Assembly (NCBI GenBank): GCA_038734945.1
Contig: JAVYOA010000002.1
Coordinates: 62,001-126,000 of the forward strand
Source: Fervidicoccaceae archaeon
Lineage (GTDB): Archaea; Thermoproteota; Thermoprotei_A; Sulfolobales; Fervidicoccaceae
Reading direction: 5' to 3'
DNA length: 64,000 bases
In this document: positions 38,938-47,957 of the stretch, one piece after another
Layout: each line of letters opens with the position of its first letter
Numbering within the stretch: the stretch's first letter is position 1
The notes under the pieces: generated by a model
Told to the model about the DNA's origin: nothing
What the model saw: only the letters and a program-made list of their open reading frames with translations
Database searches by the model: none
Position numbers and translations under genes: made by a program

Positions 38938-39010
38938 CGCCGGGGGGAGGGCTCGAACCTCCGGCCACCGGGTTAACAGCCCGGCGCTCTACCCGCTGAG
39001 CTACCCCGGC
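38938..39010 (-). tRNA. tRNA-Asn(GTT)
   Basis: Minus strand GCCGGGGTAGCTCAGCGGGTAGAGCG-CCGGG-CTGTTAA-CCCGG...GGTTCGAGCC...CCCCGGCG; 73 nt, no intron, no encoded CCA. Confidence 0.97.
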
Positions 39011-39097
39011 TATTTGCTGAAAAGAACTTAGACATAAAGGATATTTTAAGATTTACTCCTAACTAGATCTTTGTATATTAAGATAAGGGAGAATATC

Positions 39098-39610
39098 ATG
39101 AGAATTGGTGTCCTTTCGGATACTCACGACAATTTGTCTCTTGCTCTCAAGTGGGCAGAGTTCTTCAAAAAGGAAAATGTGGATTTGTTGATTCATCTTG
39201 GAGACAACAACTCCCCCTTCATTTTCAAGAATATCTTCGATAAGTTCCAAGGCAGGGGATACTCAATTATGGGAAACAATGATGGAGACAGGATGCTTAT
39301 GGTCAGACTTGCAGGCGCCTTCAATATAAAAATAGCTGAAGGGATAATGGTTCAGGAGATTGATGGGATGAGGTTTGTCCTCATGCATGGGTTTGGATCG
39401 CCGGAGCAAACAAAGCTGATTGTGGAATCGCTAGCCAAATCCAACAACTTTCAAGCCGTTCTATATGGTCACACACATGAAGCGGCTGTTGAAAAATTTG
39501 GGAATGTTCTCGTCTTGAATCCGGGAGAGGGGGGAGGAATTCTCACCGGAAAAGCCAGTGCCGCCATTCTGGAGACAAAACCACTCACAGCCAAGCTAGT
39601 TTATCTCTAG
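39098..39610 (+). CDS. YfcE/MJ0936-family metallophosphoesterase
   Basis: SDTHDN, HLGD, GNND, MHG, GHTH, NPGE. Confidence 0.93.
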   Translation: MRIGVLSDTHDNLSLALKWAEFFKKENVDLLIHLGDNNSPFIFKNIFDKFQGRGYSIMGNNDGDRMLMVRLAGAFNIKIAEGIMVQEIDGMRFVLMHGFGSPEQTKLIVESLAKSNNFQAVLYGHTHEAAVEKFGNVLVLNPGEGGGILTGKASAAILETKPLTAKLVYL

Positions 39611-40101
39611 AGGGGGGCAGCCATAAGATAAGCGTCTTCCCCATCACTATAGTATCCTTCAATTACCTTTATTTTCCTGAAGCCCAGCTTCTCATAAAGC
39701 CTAATTGCCGGGTCATTGGACACACGAACCTCGAGGTAGACTTCTTTAGCACCATAGTCATCTCGCATGCTGCTCATTCCTCGCCTCATCAGTTCCTCAC
39801 CTATTCCTCTTCTCCTATATCCTTCGAGAACTCCTATTGAAACGACATGCCCCTTCTTGACTATCAGCTTTCTAATGTAGCCTAGCCCAGTTTCAATTCT
39901 GTTCATTATGTAACCTACTATCTTTCCTTCAACTTCTGCCACAAAAAATGCCTTTCCCCAATTATCGAGATGAAAAACAAAGAAATATTCAGGGTAATTT
40001 TCCGGAAGTGTCTCAGCATTTACTTTTATAATTTGAGGAAGATCCGATTGGGTAGCATTTCGCACAATATAGATCTTCTTTTCCGAAGATTCCAACTCCA
40101 A
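39607..40101 (-). CDS. rimI: N-alpha-acetyltransferase (RimI/Ard1, GNAT)
   Basis: LPENY, GHVVSIGV, RRRGIG, LEVRVSN, YYSDGEDA. Confidence 0.93.
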   Translation of the reverse strand: MELESSEKKIYIVRNATQSDLPQIIKVNAETLPENYPEYFFVFHLDNWGKAFFVAEVEGKIVGYIMNRIETGLGYIRKLIVKKGHVVSIGVLEGYRRRGIGEELMRRGMSSMRDDYGAKEVYLEVRVSNDPAIRLYEKLGFRKIKVIEGYYSDGEDAYLMAAPL

Positions 40102-40115
40102 TTTTCCACACTTCC

Positions 40116-40421
40116 TCAGTGCTTTAGGTACTGCAACAGATATACTATTAGCAGCAATGTAGAGATAATTGCTGTTACTATTAAAAGATTTCTAGATATT
40201 TCTTTTGATGAACCCCAGAGAATTGGAATCGGCCCAATAAAAATTATACCACCGCTCTCAATTTCCCCACTGCTTCTAAGAGCGAGAGCTATTCCTCCTA
40301 TCAATATAATTGCGAAGCCCACAAATATTAGGATCATCCCAATTGACAGGAGATCTCGCTCGATCAAGCTTTTTTCCCTTATTTTATTTTTAATCGTGTT
40401 CCCTAAAAAAATTGTCTTCAA
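40116..40421 (-). CDS. DUF131/TIGR00304-type small membrane protein (true start probably further downstream)
   Basis: GGIIFIGPIPILWGS motif flanked by TM helices. Confidence 0.85.
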   Translation of the reverse strand: MKTIFLGNTIKNKIREKSLIERDLLSIGMILIFVGFAIILIGGIALALRSSGEIESGGIIFIGPIPILWGSSKEISRNLLIVTAIISTLLLIVYLLQYLKH

Positions 40422-40683
40422 TTTCTATTTCTTTTTTTATTCCATTGAACCACTCTATCTTTATAGCCTTTCTCGGACAAAGTATAACACATGCGTAGCA
40501 AGCGATGCATTTTCTGCTGCTAGCTTTTACCTCGTTTGAATATATCGATAGAGCGTTGGTTGGACATATCTCGACGCATAACCCACAATTGTTACAGCTT
40601 CTTTCAATCACTACCTTTTTCTTTGGAAATAATGTTATAGTTCCCTTTATTGGATGAGCGTTTCGGAATTCACGGATTTTCAT
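40390..40683 (-). CDS. 2x[4Fe-4S] ferredoxin-type protein
   Basis: CNNCGLCVEICP and CIACYACVILCP; strong GAGGTGAGGAGG RBS. Confidence 0.88.
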   Translation of the reverse strand: MKIREFRNAHPIKGTITLFPKKKVVIERSCNNCGLCVEICPTNALSIYSNEVKASSRKCIACYACVILCPRKAIKIEWFNGIKKEIEIEDNFFREHD

Positions 40684-41169
40684 CCTTCCTCCTCACCTCT
40701 ACTGCATAACATCCTTAGCATGCTTCTCACTGGTGATCTCAGCAATAATCTTTGAAGCCTTATGAGATCGAATCTGCTTTCCATCTTCTCCTCCATTATA
40801 CTTCAATAGCAGCCTCTTCTTAAATTCCCTGAATTTTTGACCGGATGCTCCTTTGCTTTCTAAAGCATTTACCCTTATGCATTTACATCGCTCATGTTCA
40901 ATTAATGAATCTAACTTAATAGGGCTTAGCGATTGCTAAGTCTATGCCCTTCTCTTTTTTGTGGGAATGTGAAGATGATGCTCACAGTTGGATTTTCAAG
41001 CCTTGAGCTCTAGCTCTCCAATTGTAAAAATTTCCTGGAATATTTGTGGTCTTGAATGGAGCTGTGTATACTTTATGCATGGCTAATTTTAGATTCTTCC
41101 GAACCAAAATTGAATAGAGAAGGCTTCTCCACGCTATAGCAATAAAAATCAATTAACCTCAATGAAGAT

Positions 41170-41862
41170 CTATTTTTTTGAGAATTGCTGTATGATTTTT
41201 CTCTTTATTGACCACCTCAGCTTGTCAAGATAAGCGCCAAGCTGAGAAACACTCAGAACTGGAAGGAATGAGTTCCTCTCAAATGCTTTCCAAAAGCCCT
41301 CTATTCCCTCTTCAAGATCCATATCTATGAGAGTTTTGAATGATCCGATGCCTGCTAGCGTATGGGCATCACTGTTTGCTAGACAAGCCTTTCCCTTATC
41401 TTTAGCGTACTTGTAAGCTTTCCTATTGGAAATATATGAGGATGAGGCATTGAAGCACTCCATAGCTCTAAAGCTATTTGATAAGATCTCTAGTCCCATT
41501 TCACCAATTCCTCTTCTCAGCCTATCGAAAGGATGTGCTGGAACGAGTAAACAGCCAAAGCTCTCAGCTAACTGGATCAATTTATCGAGAGGTATGTTCC
41601 TCTCTATTTTAACAGGAGTCATGCAGTAGATGAGAACATCTCCCATTGAAGTTCTAACTTCGCTTCCAGGAACTAAAAGGATTTTCAGTTTCTTTTCCTC
41701 GACTTTTCTCATCGCTTCAATGGATCCCATGAATGTATCATGATCTGTTATCGATATTACCTCCAATCCTTTTTTGAGAGATTGAAGGAGAATTCTCTCT
41801 GGCTCTGGCTCTCCATCACTGTATATGGAGTGCATGTGCAAATCTGCTCTCACTTTGGGCAA
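41170..41862 (-). CDS. PHP-domain phosphoesterase
   Basis: DLHMHS, ITDHD, AHPF, NSDAH. Confidence 0.93.
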   Translation of the reverse strand: MPKVRADLHMHSIYSDGEPEPERILLQSLKKGLEVISITDHDTFMGSIEAMRKVEEKKLKILLVPGSEVRTSMGDVLIYCMTPVKIERNIPLDKLIQLAESFGCLLVPAHPFDRLRRGIGEMGLEILSNSFRAMECFNASSSYISNRKAYKYAKDKGKACLANSDAHTLAGIGSFKTLIDMDLEEGIEGFWKAFERNSFLPVLSVSQLGAYLDKLRWSIKRKIIQQFSKK

Positions 41863-41946
41863 TTTGCATCCTCTTTCTTCGGAAATTTCCTTCGAGTTAA
41901 GTTTTTTACTGATCGGAGTTTAAAGGATCTTTGTCAGGATGAGAGC

Positions 41947-42579
41947 TTGAAAGAAGAAGAAAGAGGAGAGACATTAGCAGTTGATTTCAGCAGCAGGCTT
42001 AAATCCTTCATATCTGAATATGGGGAGAAAGGAAAGAAGGTTCTCAAGGCAGCATTGATCAGAGCTAGGGAAGTTCAAAATTCTGAGGAAAATGTTCTGG
42101 GAGATTTTGATTTTAGGGGAGTTAGGAAAATTCTCGAGAAATCCGGAGAGCAATACAACCCAGGAACAATATTAGGAATAATGGAGAAGAAGTATGGGAT
42201 AATAGAGACTTCTTATAAGTCCAGCAAGCAACATTGGTGGAGATTCTACGATATATATACTGTAGAGAGAGAGCTTGGTTCTGACGAGAAGGAACAAGAG
42301 GAGGAAGAGGATTCATATAAAATAATAATGGCAATGTATGCTTCATTGGAGCCAAAAAGGCTGCTTGAGTCTCTCAGAAGGCTTTCAACGAAGCCCAAGC
42401 TTGACTATGTAGATAAGAAGTTGTTCAAAAAAGTTGCTTTTGAGGAGCTTCCACTCGTAGAGGAGGTTCTAAAGAAAATGGGAGAAATGGAGGGAAAATT
42501 CGCTGAGCAGATAAAGATTTTGAAGGAGATCGTGCGGATTGCTGAGGAAATATCCATTAAATTAATAAAGGAGCAGTGA
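41947..42579 (+). CDS. Conserved hypothetical protein (possible N-terminal winged helix); start uncertain
   Basis: GDFDF...YNP...YGIIETSYKSSKQHWW core; ORF-track start overlaps the divergent PHP gene, so TTG 41947 was chosen. Confidence 0.65.
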   Translation: MKEEERGETLAVDFSSRLKSFISEYGEKGKKVLKAALIRAREVQNSEENVLGDFDFRGVRKILEKSGEQYNPGTILGIMEKKYGIIETSYKSSKQHWWRFYDIYTVERELGSDEKEQEEEEDSYKIIMAMYASLEPKRLLESLRRLSTKPKLDYVDKKLFKKVAFEELPLVEEVLKKMGEMEGKFAEQIKILKEIVRIAEEISIKLIKEQ

Positions 42580-42696
42580 TGCAATAGATTCTAGGAAGGA
42601 AGGTAGGATAATTGAATATGAGGGAAAACAAGTCTTCTAGAATAAAGAGTCTTACTTTAAGAGCTAGAGCATCAAAGCTTTCGTTTTTGGAGCTAA

Positions 42697-43005
42697 ATGG
42701 TGATGTTTCTAATGACTAAATACAGAGATCATAAAGAAGTGTATACAAGGGACTACTCTCGCTGGAGCGTCTATCCAAAAATACCTAGGCCAGAGGAGTT
42801 TGGACAGAACAACAGAATAGTGCCGGGCTCCATAGTAGTTGTTGAAATAAGCGATATTGATGAAAAAGGAAGGGGTGTAGGCATACTCAACAGAGTGAAG
42901 ATACATGTAAATGGAGGATGCACTGTAGGAGATAAAGTTAAAGCAAAGATAATAGAGAAGAGAGATAATGAAGCTCTAGCCGATCTCATTGATATATTGA
43001 GGTGA
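42697..43005 (+). CDS. Single TRAM-domain RNA-binding protein
   Basis: [14 protein letters not shown]...VGDKVKAKI. Confidence 0.8.
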   Translation: MVMFLMTKYRDHKEVYTRDYSRWSVYPKIPRPEEFGQNNRIVPGSIVVVEISDIDEKGRGVGILNRVKIHVNGGCTVGDKVKAKIIEKRDNEALADLIDILR

Positions 43006-43514
43006 ACTGGTTGTCCCAGGGAGGAGAATCCCCTCGCCTGGAGGTTGTAACCATAGAAATACCTGAAGGAGCCAATATAATTGTCGGAAGGAGTCATTTC
43101 ATAAAGAGCGTTGAAGATATATATGAAGCTCTTGTGACCAGCTCTACTTCAATTAAGTTTGGTCTAGCTTTCAATGAGGCGAGCGGGAAGAGGCTAATAA
43201 GATATGATGGAAATGATAAAGAGCTGATAGATGCTGCCGTGTCTGCTGCTAAGAGGATAGGTGCAGGACACATATTTGTTATATTTCTCAAAAACGCTTG
43301 GCCAATAAATGTTCTCAATGCACTTAAGAATGTCCAAGAAGTGGTAAACCTATATGTCGCAACATCCAATCCAGTACAAATTATTGTTGCTGAAACTAAT
43401 CAGGGAAGAGCTGTTCTTGGAGCAGTCGATGGGTATGTCCCGGTAGGTATAGAGCAAAAAGAGGATGTGGAGGAAAGAATTGAATTTCTAAAAAAGATAG
43501 GATACAAAAGATAA
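43002..43514 (+). CDS. Adenosine-specific kinase family (DUF355)
   Basis: [43 protein letters not shown]. Confidence 0.9.
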   Translation: MNWLSQGGESPRLEVVTIEIPEGANIIVGRSHFIKSVEDIYEALVTSSTSIKFGLAFNEASGKRLIRYDGNDKELIDAAVSAAKRIGAGHIFVIFLKNAWPINVLNALKNVQEVVNLYVATSNPVQIIVAETNQGRAVLGAVDGYVPVGIEQKEDVEERIEFLKKIGYKR

Positions 43515-43536
43515 GGCTGAGAGTGCGAGCGAGAAA

Positions 43537-44733
43537 TCACTTGCTTTTTTCTTCAACAAACTCTTTAATAAGCTCGGCACCTATCTCTATATTTTCTCTT
43601 TTTGTGGCATAACTGAACCTGACGAAATCGCTGCCGTATTGTATAGAAAAGCTTCTTCCCGGGAGTATTAGAACTCCCTTCTCCCACAATAGCTTCATCA
43701 CGAATTCGTCAATTGTCATGCCTGTTCTTCTCAATGCTTCGGTTATCCTGGGGAACATGTAGAAAGCTCCTCCAGGAAGATAAGCTTCAATTCCAGCTAT
43801 CTCGTTCAGCTTTTTGTAAAGTATCTTTCTCCTCTCGCTGAACTCCTTTATCATCTCAAAAGTAGGAGAAAAGCTGCTTTCCAGAGCAGATATTCCTGCC
43901 CACTGAACAAAGTTTGGAGCACAGCTATAGACATTCACTGCCAATGTATCCAATAGACGAATCAATTCCTCTTTAGCAGCCAGATATCCCAGTCTCCATC
44001 CAGTCATGCTGAATGTTTTGCTGAAGGATTGTATCAGAATGGAATTTTCCTGCCATCCATCTATCTGCGTAATGCTATAGAAGTTTCCATCATAGATGAA
44101 ATAATCATAAACCTCATCAGAAATGAGGGCTATGTTGTGATCCCTTGCTATTTCATATATAGCTTTTATGGTTTGCTTACCAAAAACGTTTCCAGTAGGA
44201 TTATCAGGATTATTTATAACAATGGCACTGGTCTTCGATGATATTTTTTCCTTCAGGTCCTCCAAATTAAGCTCAAAGCCCTTGTCCTTTCCCAGCCATC
44301 TCATTGATACATAGATCGGCTTAGCTCCAAGGAATTTTGCTGTCTGTCCGTAGGCATAGTAAGATGGTTCCACGATTAGAACTTCAGAGTCCTTTGACAC
44401 TACTCCTGACATGGCAAGAAATATGGCTGTCTTTCCTCCCGTTGTGACCAATATGTTTCTATAGTCAACGCCCGCTCCATATTTCTTATTGAGATATCTC
44501 GATATTGATTCCCTAAGCTCAGGTATTCCTGCAGATTCAGTGTATCCCGTCTTTCCCTCATCTATGGCCTTTTTTGCTGCCTCTTTTATATGCGAGAATG
44601 TATCGAAGTCTGGCTGTCCTATTCCAAAGCTGATTATTTTCTTTCCAGTTTTTTGCGCTACCTCCCGTGCCTTTGAGAGGAAGTAGAAGGCTTGCTCTCC
44701 TTCGAGTTCATTGAGTGCTCCGTTTATTTTCAT
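43537..44733 (-). CDS. PLP-dependent class I/II aminotransferase (aspartate aminotransferase-like)
   Basis: IGQPDF, NNPDNPTG, SDEVY, SFSKTFSMTGWRLG, GAFYMFP. Confidence 0.95.
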   Translation of the reverse strand: MKINGALNELEGEQAFYFLSKAREVAQKTGKKIISFGIGQPDFDTFSHIKEAAKKAIDEGKTGYTESAGIPELRESISRYLNKKYGAGVDYRNILVTTGGKTAIFLAMSGVVSKDSEVLIVEPSYYAYGQTAKFLGAKPIYVSMRWLGKDKGFELNLEDLKEKISSKTSAIVINNPDNPTGNVFGKQTIKAIYEIARDHNIALISDEVYDYFIYDGNFYSITQIDGWQENSILIQSFSKTFSMTGWRLGYLAAKEELIRLLDTLAVNVYSCAPNFVQWAGISALESSFSPTFEMIKEFSERRKILYKKLNEIAGIEAYLPGGAFYMFPRITEALRRTGMTIDEFVMKLLWEKGVLILPGRSFSIQYGSDFVRFSYATKRENIEIGAELIKEFVEEKSK

Positions 44734-44942
44734 GATTTTAACCTCACTCCTAATTTCCTTTTTTGATAATTTTAAATTTTTTCAACCTATTTCTTACCTA
44801 ACAATAAAAGATATTATAGAAATTATGAAAGCAAAAAAAGAAAAAAATAATAATTTTTTCTGAGAAAAAAGCTGTCATTAAAAGCGATAATATATAGCTT
44901 GTGAATGTAAAATCATAATAAAGGAGTGCCGATCTAAGATAA

Positions 44943-45521
44943 TTGGGATTGAAATTGCCGAGAAAGGCGAATAAAGCGAGAAAGGAAGAAGCTTCCCGAG
45001 AGGAAAGGGGGAAGGTTGAGGCTGTCGCGACTATTTCTCTCTACCAACCATATGTACTGGATCTGGGAGAGCTAGCCATTTATGGCTACATCCCGTTTGA
45101 GGAAAACCTCCAAACCGAGAAGATTGAATCAACATCGACGGTTGAGGCACTCAAAGAGGGGACGAGAATTCTTGAGAGGCTGAAAAACAGCATGAAGAAT
45201 AAGGTAAAAGATGGTCTTCTTCTTATAGATCTCTCTGGAAGGGGGTTTACTATTCATTTAGGAGCATATATAAATGAACCAAAGTGGCCTGGGATTCTTC
45301 TATATAGGCCAGCTAGGCTGAATGGCGTTGGAAAGGTGATAAGGGAGGGGGAAAGGTGGGAGGTTAAATGGATAAGAAAAACTATGCCGAGGGAGTTCTA
45401 CGTATATGAGGGGGAAATTAAATTTGCTGGAGAACCATTCGATATAGTCCTTGATACAGATCAGGGAATGAGGGTGATTTTTGCTGAGAAGAAATCCGTG
45501 GCAAATGGAGCTGAGAATTGA
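44943..45521 (+). CDS. Hypothetical protein
   Basis: 192-aa ORF with normal composition overlapping the next gene. Confidence 0.65.
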   Translation: MGLKLPRKANKARKEEASREERGKVEAVATISLYQPYVLDLGELAIYGYIPFEENLQTEKIESTSTVEALKEGTRILERLKNSMKNKVKDGLLLIDLSGRGFTIHLGAYINEPKWPGILLYRPARLNGVGKVIREGERWEVKWIRKTMPREFYVYEGEIKFAGEPFDIVLDTDQGMRVIFAEKKSVANGAEN

Positions 45522-46239
45522 GGGCGCTAGAAAGATAGAAAAAATGTGCACTGGAATAAAAGCTTGTGAGGATATTTTGCTCGAGGGAGGCAGAGATATA
45601 TCAATAGACTTCGATAGAGGGAGGATCTTTGCCTCAGGAAATATAAGCAGAGATGTGATTGAGGGATTCAAAAGCAGGTATGGAGAGAAGATTTCTCTTG
45701 TGCTAGAGGAAGATGAGGGAAGAGGAATCCCTCTCAAGGATGCTTATTTGACTTTTGCCGAGGAGTTCCATTTTCTGGGAAAGGAAGCATTAGAGCTTGT
45801 TGTAGGGAGAACAGCGATGGTAGGTATGGAGCACGCAGTCTTCATTACAGATGATGGTACTGCTATAGCTATCGAAGGGGAAAGGGATCGCGTGCTTTTT
45901 CCTCCTTCATCTCTATGCATAGCTATTCATACACACCCATCAATCAAGGATCTCTCTGCTTCAGTCTCGTGCTTCCCTTCAACAGCTGATCTCAGAAATG
46001 CAGTTAGTTTCTTTCTTGATGGGGGAATTCTTTTTGGTATAGCATGCAGAGGATTTGCGCTATACATTCAGAGAACGTGGATAGTTACAGATGAAATGCT
46101 GGAATCACTGGCTGATTTACCAAAAAAAGCGGAGAAAATTCTGAATTCATGGAGGAAGAGTGGGAGCGATCCGTTACTAAAGTTGAGAGAAATAGCTAAA
46201 GGACTTCCGCTCGAAATTTCTCTAAAACCACTTGATTAA
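45505..46239 (+). CDS. Hypothetical protein with JAB/MPN+(JAMM)-like metal motif
   Basis: GMEHAVFI ... IHTHPS ... FPSTADL; ATG 45505 preferred over TTG 45481. Confidence 0.6.
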   Translation: MELRIEGARKIEKMCTGIKACEDILLEGGRDISIDFDRGRIFASGNISRDVIEGFKSRYGEKISLVLEEDEGRGIPLKDAYLTFAEEFHFLGKEALELVVGRTAMVGMEHAVFITDDGTAIAIEGERDRVLFPPSSLCIAIHTHPSIKDLSASVSCFPSTADLRNAVSFFLDGGILFGIACRGFALYIQRTWIVTDEMLESLADLPKKAEKILNSWRKSGSDPLLKLREIAKGLPLEISLKPLD

Positions 46240-46290
46240 AAATTCAAGATCTAAAATGACTTTTTATTGTGAGTTCTTCTCGTTCTTTGT

Positions 46291-47952
46291 TCAATCCAAG
46301 CCAAGCAAGTTCTTGATTATACTTATGAGAACATTGGAGTCCTTTTCCATAATTGAAAAAGGAATAGGCTGAGAAGGATATAGATCTGAGAGAGAGACTG
46401 TTTCCTTCTCAAGAGCATTCTCACTATATCCCTTCTCTATTCTATCAAGAATGAGCTCAGCTTCTTCCCTGTTAAGTATCCCAATATCTCTCTTTATTTC
46501 GGTCAGCTTTCTTGATGCTGTATATGTAGCTCTACTTATATCTATTCTGCTCATCCATAGGGTCTCGTAGTTCAACATTCCCCTCCAATCATAAGCGTTC
46601 TCCAACAAATTCATATGCTCTGATAGGCTCCTTGCTGTGATTATGTATCCAAACGATTCTGGATTATCGAATGCACGACTTCCTGGATCGATGAATGGTG
46701 CTAGAGGAGCCACGAAGAAATCAACCTTGTTTCTCTTCTCTTCTGGGAGTTCTTCGAGAAGGGAAGATATAAAGCGTGGGAGAGTTTCTGAGTCCTCAAC
46801 TCTTTGCCTGGGTAGGCCAATTAAAAAGTAAATGTCCACTCTCTTGATGCCCAAACCGATTGAATTCTTAACAAAATTAAATAGGGAATTGTTTCCGTAT
46901 GGCCTTCCATAGAGCTTTCTGACTTCCTCTATATGGGATTCAGGACTAATCTGAAAGTAAATATCGGCATCTATTGAGGATATTTTTTCTATGAGCTCCC
47001 TGCTTGGAGGTATGAAGAACTCGAAAAATATGGTTCTTGCTGATAGCCTTTCCTTCTTAATTTCCTCCAACAGCTTTTCCAGTCTACCTCTTCCCATAAG
47101 CTGTATGTCACCAACAAGGAAAATTGGCATGTCCATGTACTCGCTTATGCTCCTCATTTCATTAATGATTGCTCTTGGTGATTTTAGGGCCAAGTGTTTT
47201 CTTTTAAAATATTTTTCATATGCATACTTAGATCCACCGCAGGCAAGACAGTTGAAGTGGCATCCCTTGTAGAGAATTATTCCACCTATTGGATGCCTAA
47301 TGAAATCGGCGAAAGGAAGCCAACCTACTGGATCCTTAGAACTGGAGAGGTTTTTGAACAGCTCGTGGTAATCTAATCCATAGTCACTGATATCATTTGG
47401 AACAAACGAAATAGGATTGACTCTTATCCTGTTTCCTTCTCTGAAAGCTAAGTTAGGTATGTCCTGAAGATTCTTACCATTGGCCAAGCTATCAAGAAGC
47501 CTTTCCATAGGAATTTCAGTCGTGTCTCCAAGAACGATGGCATCTATCCAGTCGAACTTGCTCAATATTTCCCTGTGAAAAATTGTAGCTGAAAGACCTC
47601 CCAGAACTATGAAAATGTCTGGTCTTTCTTTCTTTATCATTCTAGCAAGCTCTATGGATCCGTGAGAATGAACCATCCAATGAAGGTCTATTCCAACAAC
47701 ACCAGCATCGATGCTCTCAATATATTTTTGAAGATTAAGGCTCTCATCAAGAATCATTTTAGCTGCTAGATTGCTTATAGAAACTCTGTAGCCCTTTTTC
47801 ATTAAGTGAAATGACATGGTGAGAAATCCGTAGGGGTACATATCAAATATCGGAGTTGAGGGAATAACATCACTTATAGGGCCGAACCTTCTCTTCTCCT
47901 CTCGAAAATATAAATAGCTTGGTGGGTGTATGAGCAGTAGATCCGCCTTCAT
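46291..47952 (-). CDS. B12-binding domain/radical SAM protein (TIGR04190/Ta0216-like)
   Basis: ISDVIPSTPIFDMYPYGF, GIDLHWMVHSHG, LGGLSAT, KGCHFNCLACGGS, ISPESH, PFIDPGS. Confidence 0.88.
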   Translation of the reverse strand: MKADLLLIHPPSYLYFREEKRRFGPISDVIPSTPIFDMYPYGFLTMSFHLMKKGYRVSISNLAAKMILDESLNLQKYIESIDAGVVGIDLHWMVHSHGSIELARMIKKERPDIFIVLGGLSATIFHREILSKFDWIDAIVLGDTTEIPMERLLDSLANGKNLQDIPNLAFREGNRIRVNPISFVPNDISDYGLDYHELFKNLSSSKDPVGWLPFADFIRHPIGGIILYKGCHFNCLACGGSKYAYEKYFKRKHLALKSPRAIINEMRSISEYMDMPIFLVGDIQLMGRGRLEKLLEEIKKERLSARTIFFEFFIPPSRELIEKISSIDADIYFQISPESHIEEVRKLYGRPYGNNSLFNFVKNSIGLGIKRVDIYFLIGLPRQRVEDSETLPRFISSLLEELPEEKRNKVDFFVAPLAPFIDPGSRAFDNPESFGYIITARSLSEHMNLLENAYDWRGMLNYETLWMSRIDISRATYTASRKLTEIKRDIGILNREEAELILDRIEKGYSENALEKETVSLSDLYPSQPIPFSIMEKDSNVLISIIKNLLGLD

Positions 47953-47957
47953 TTTGA

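Noticed and set aside
38652..38968. Short minus-strand ORFs (77 and 89 aa)
   Set aside because: Overlap tRNA-Asn and/or the decarboxylase gene; no protein-like features
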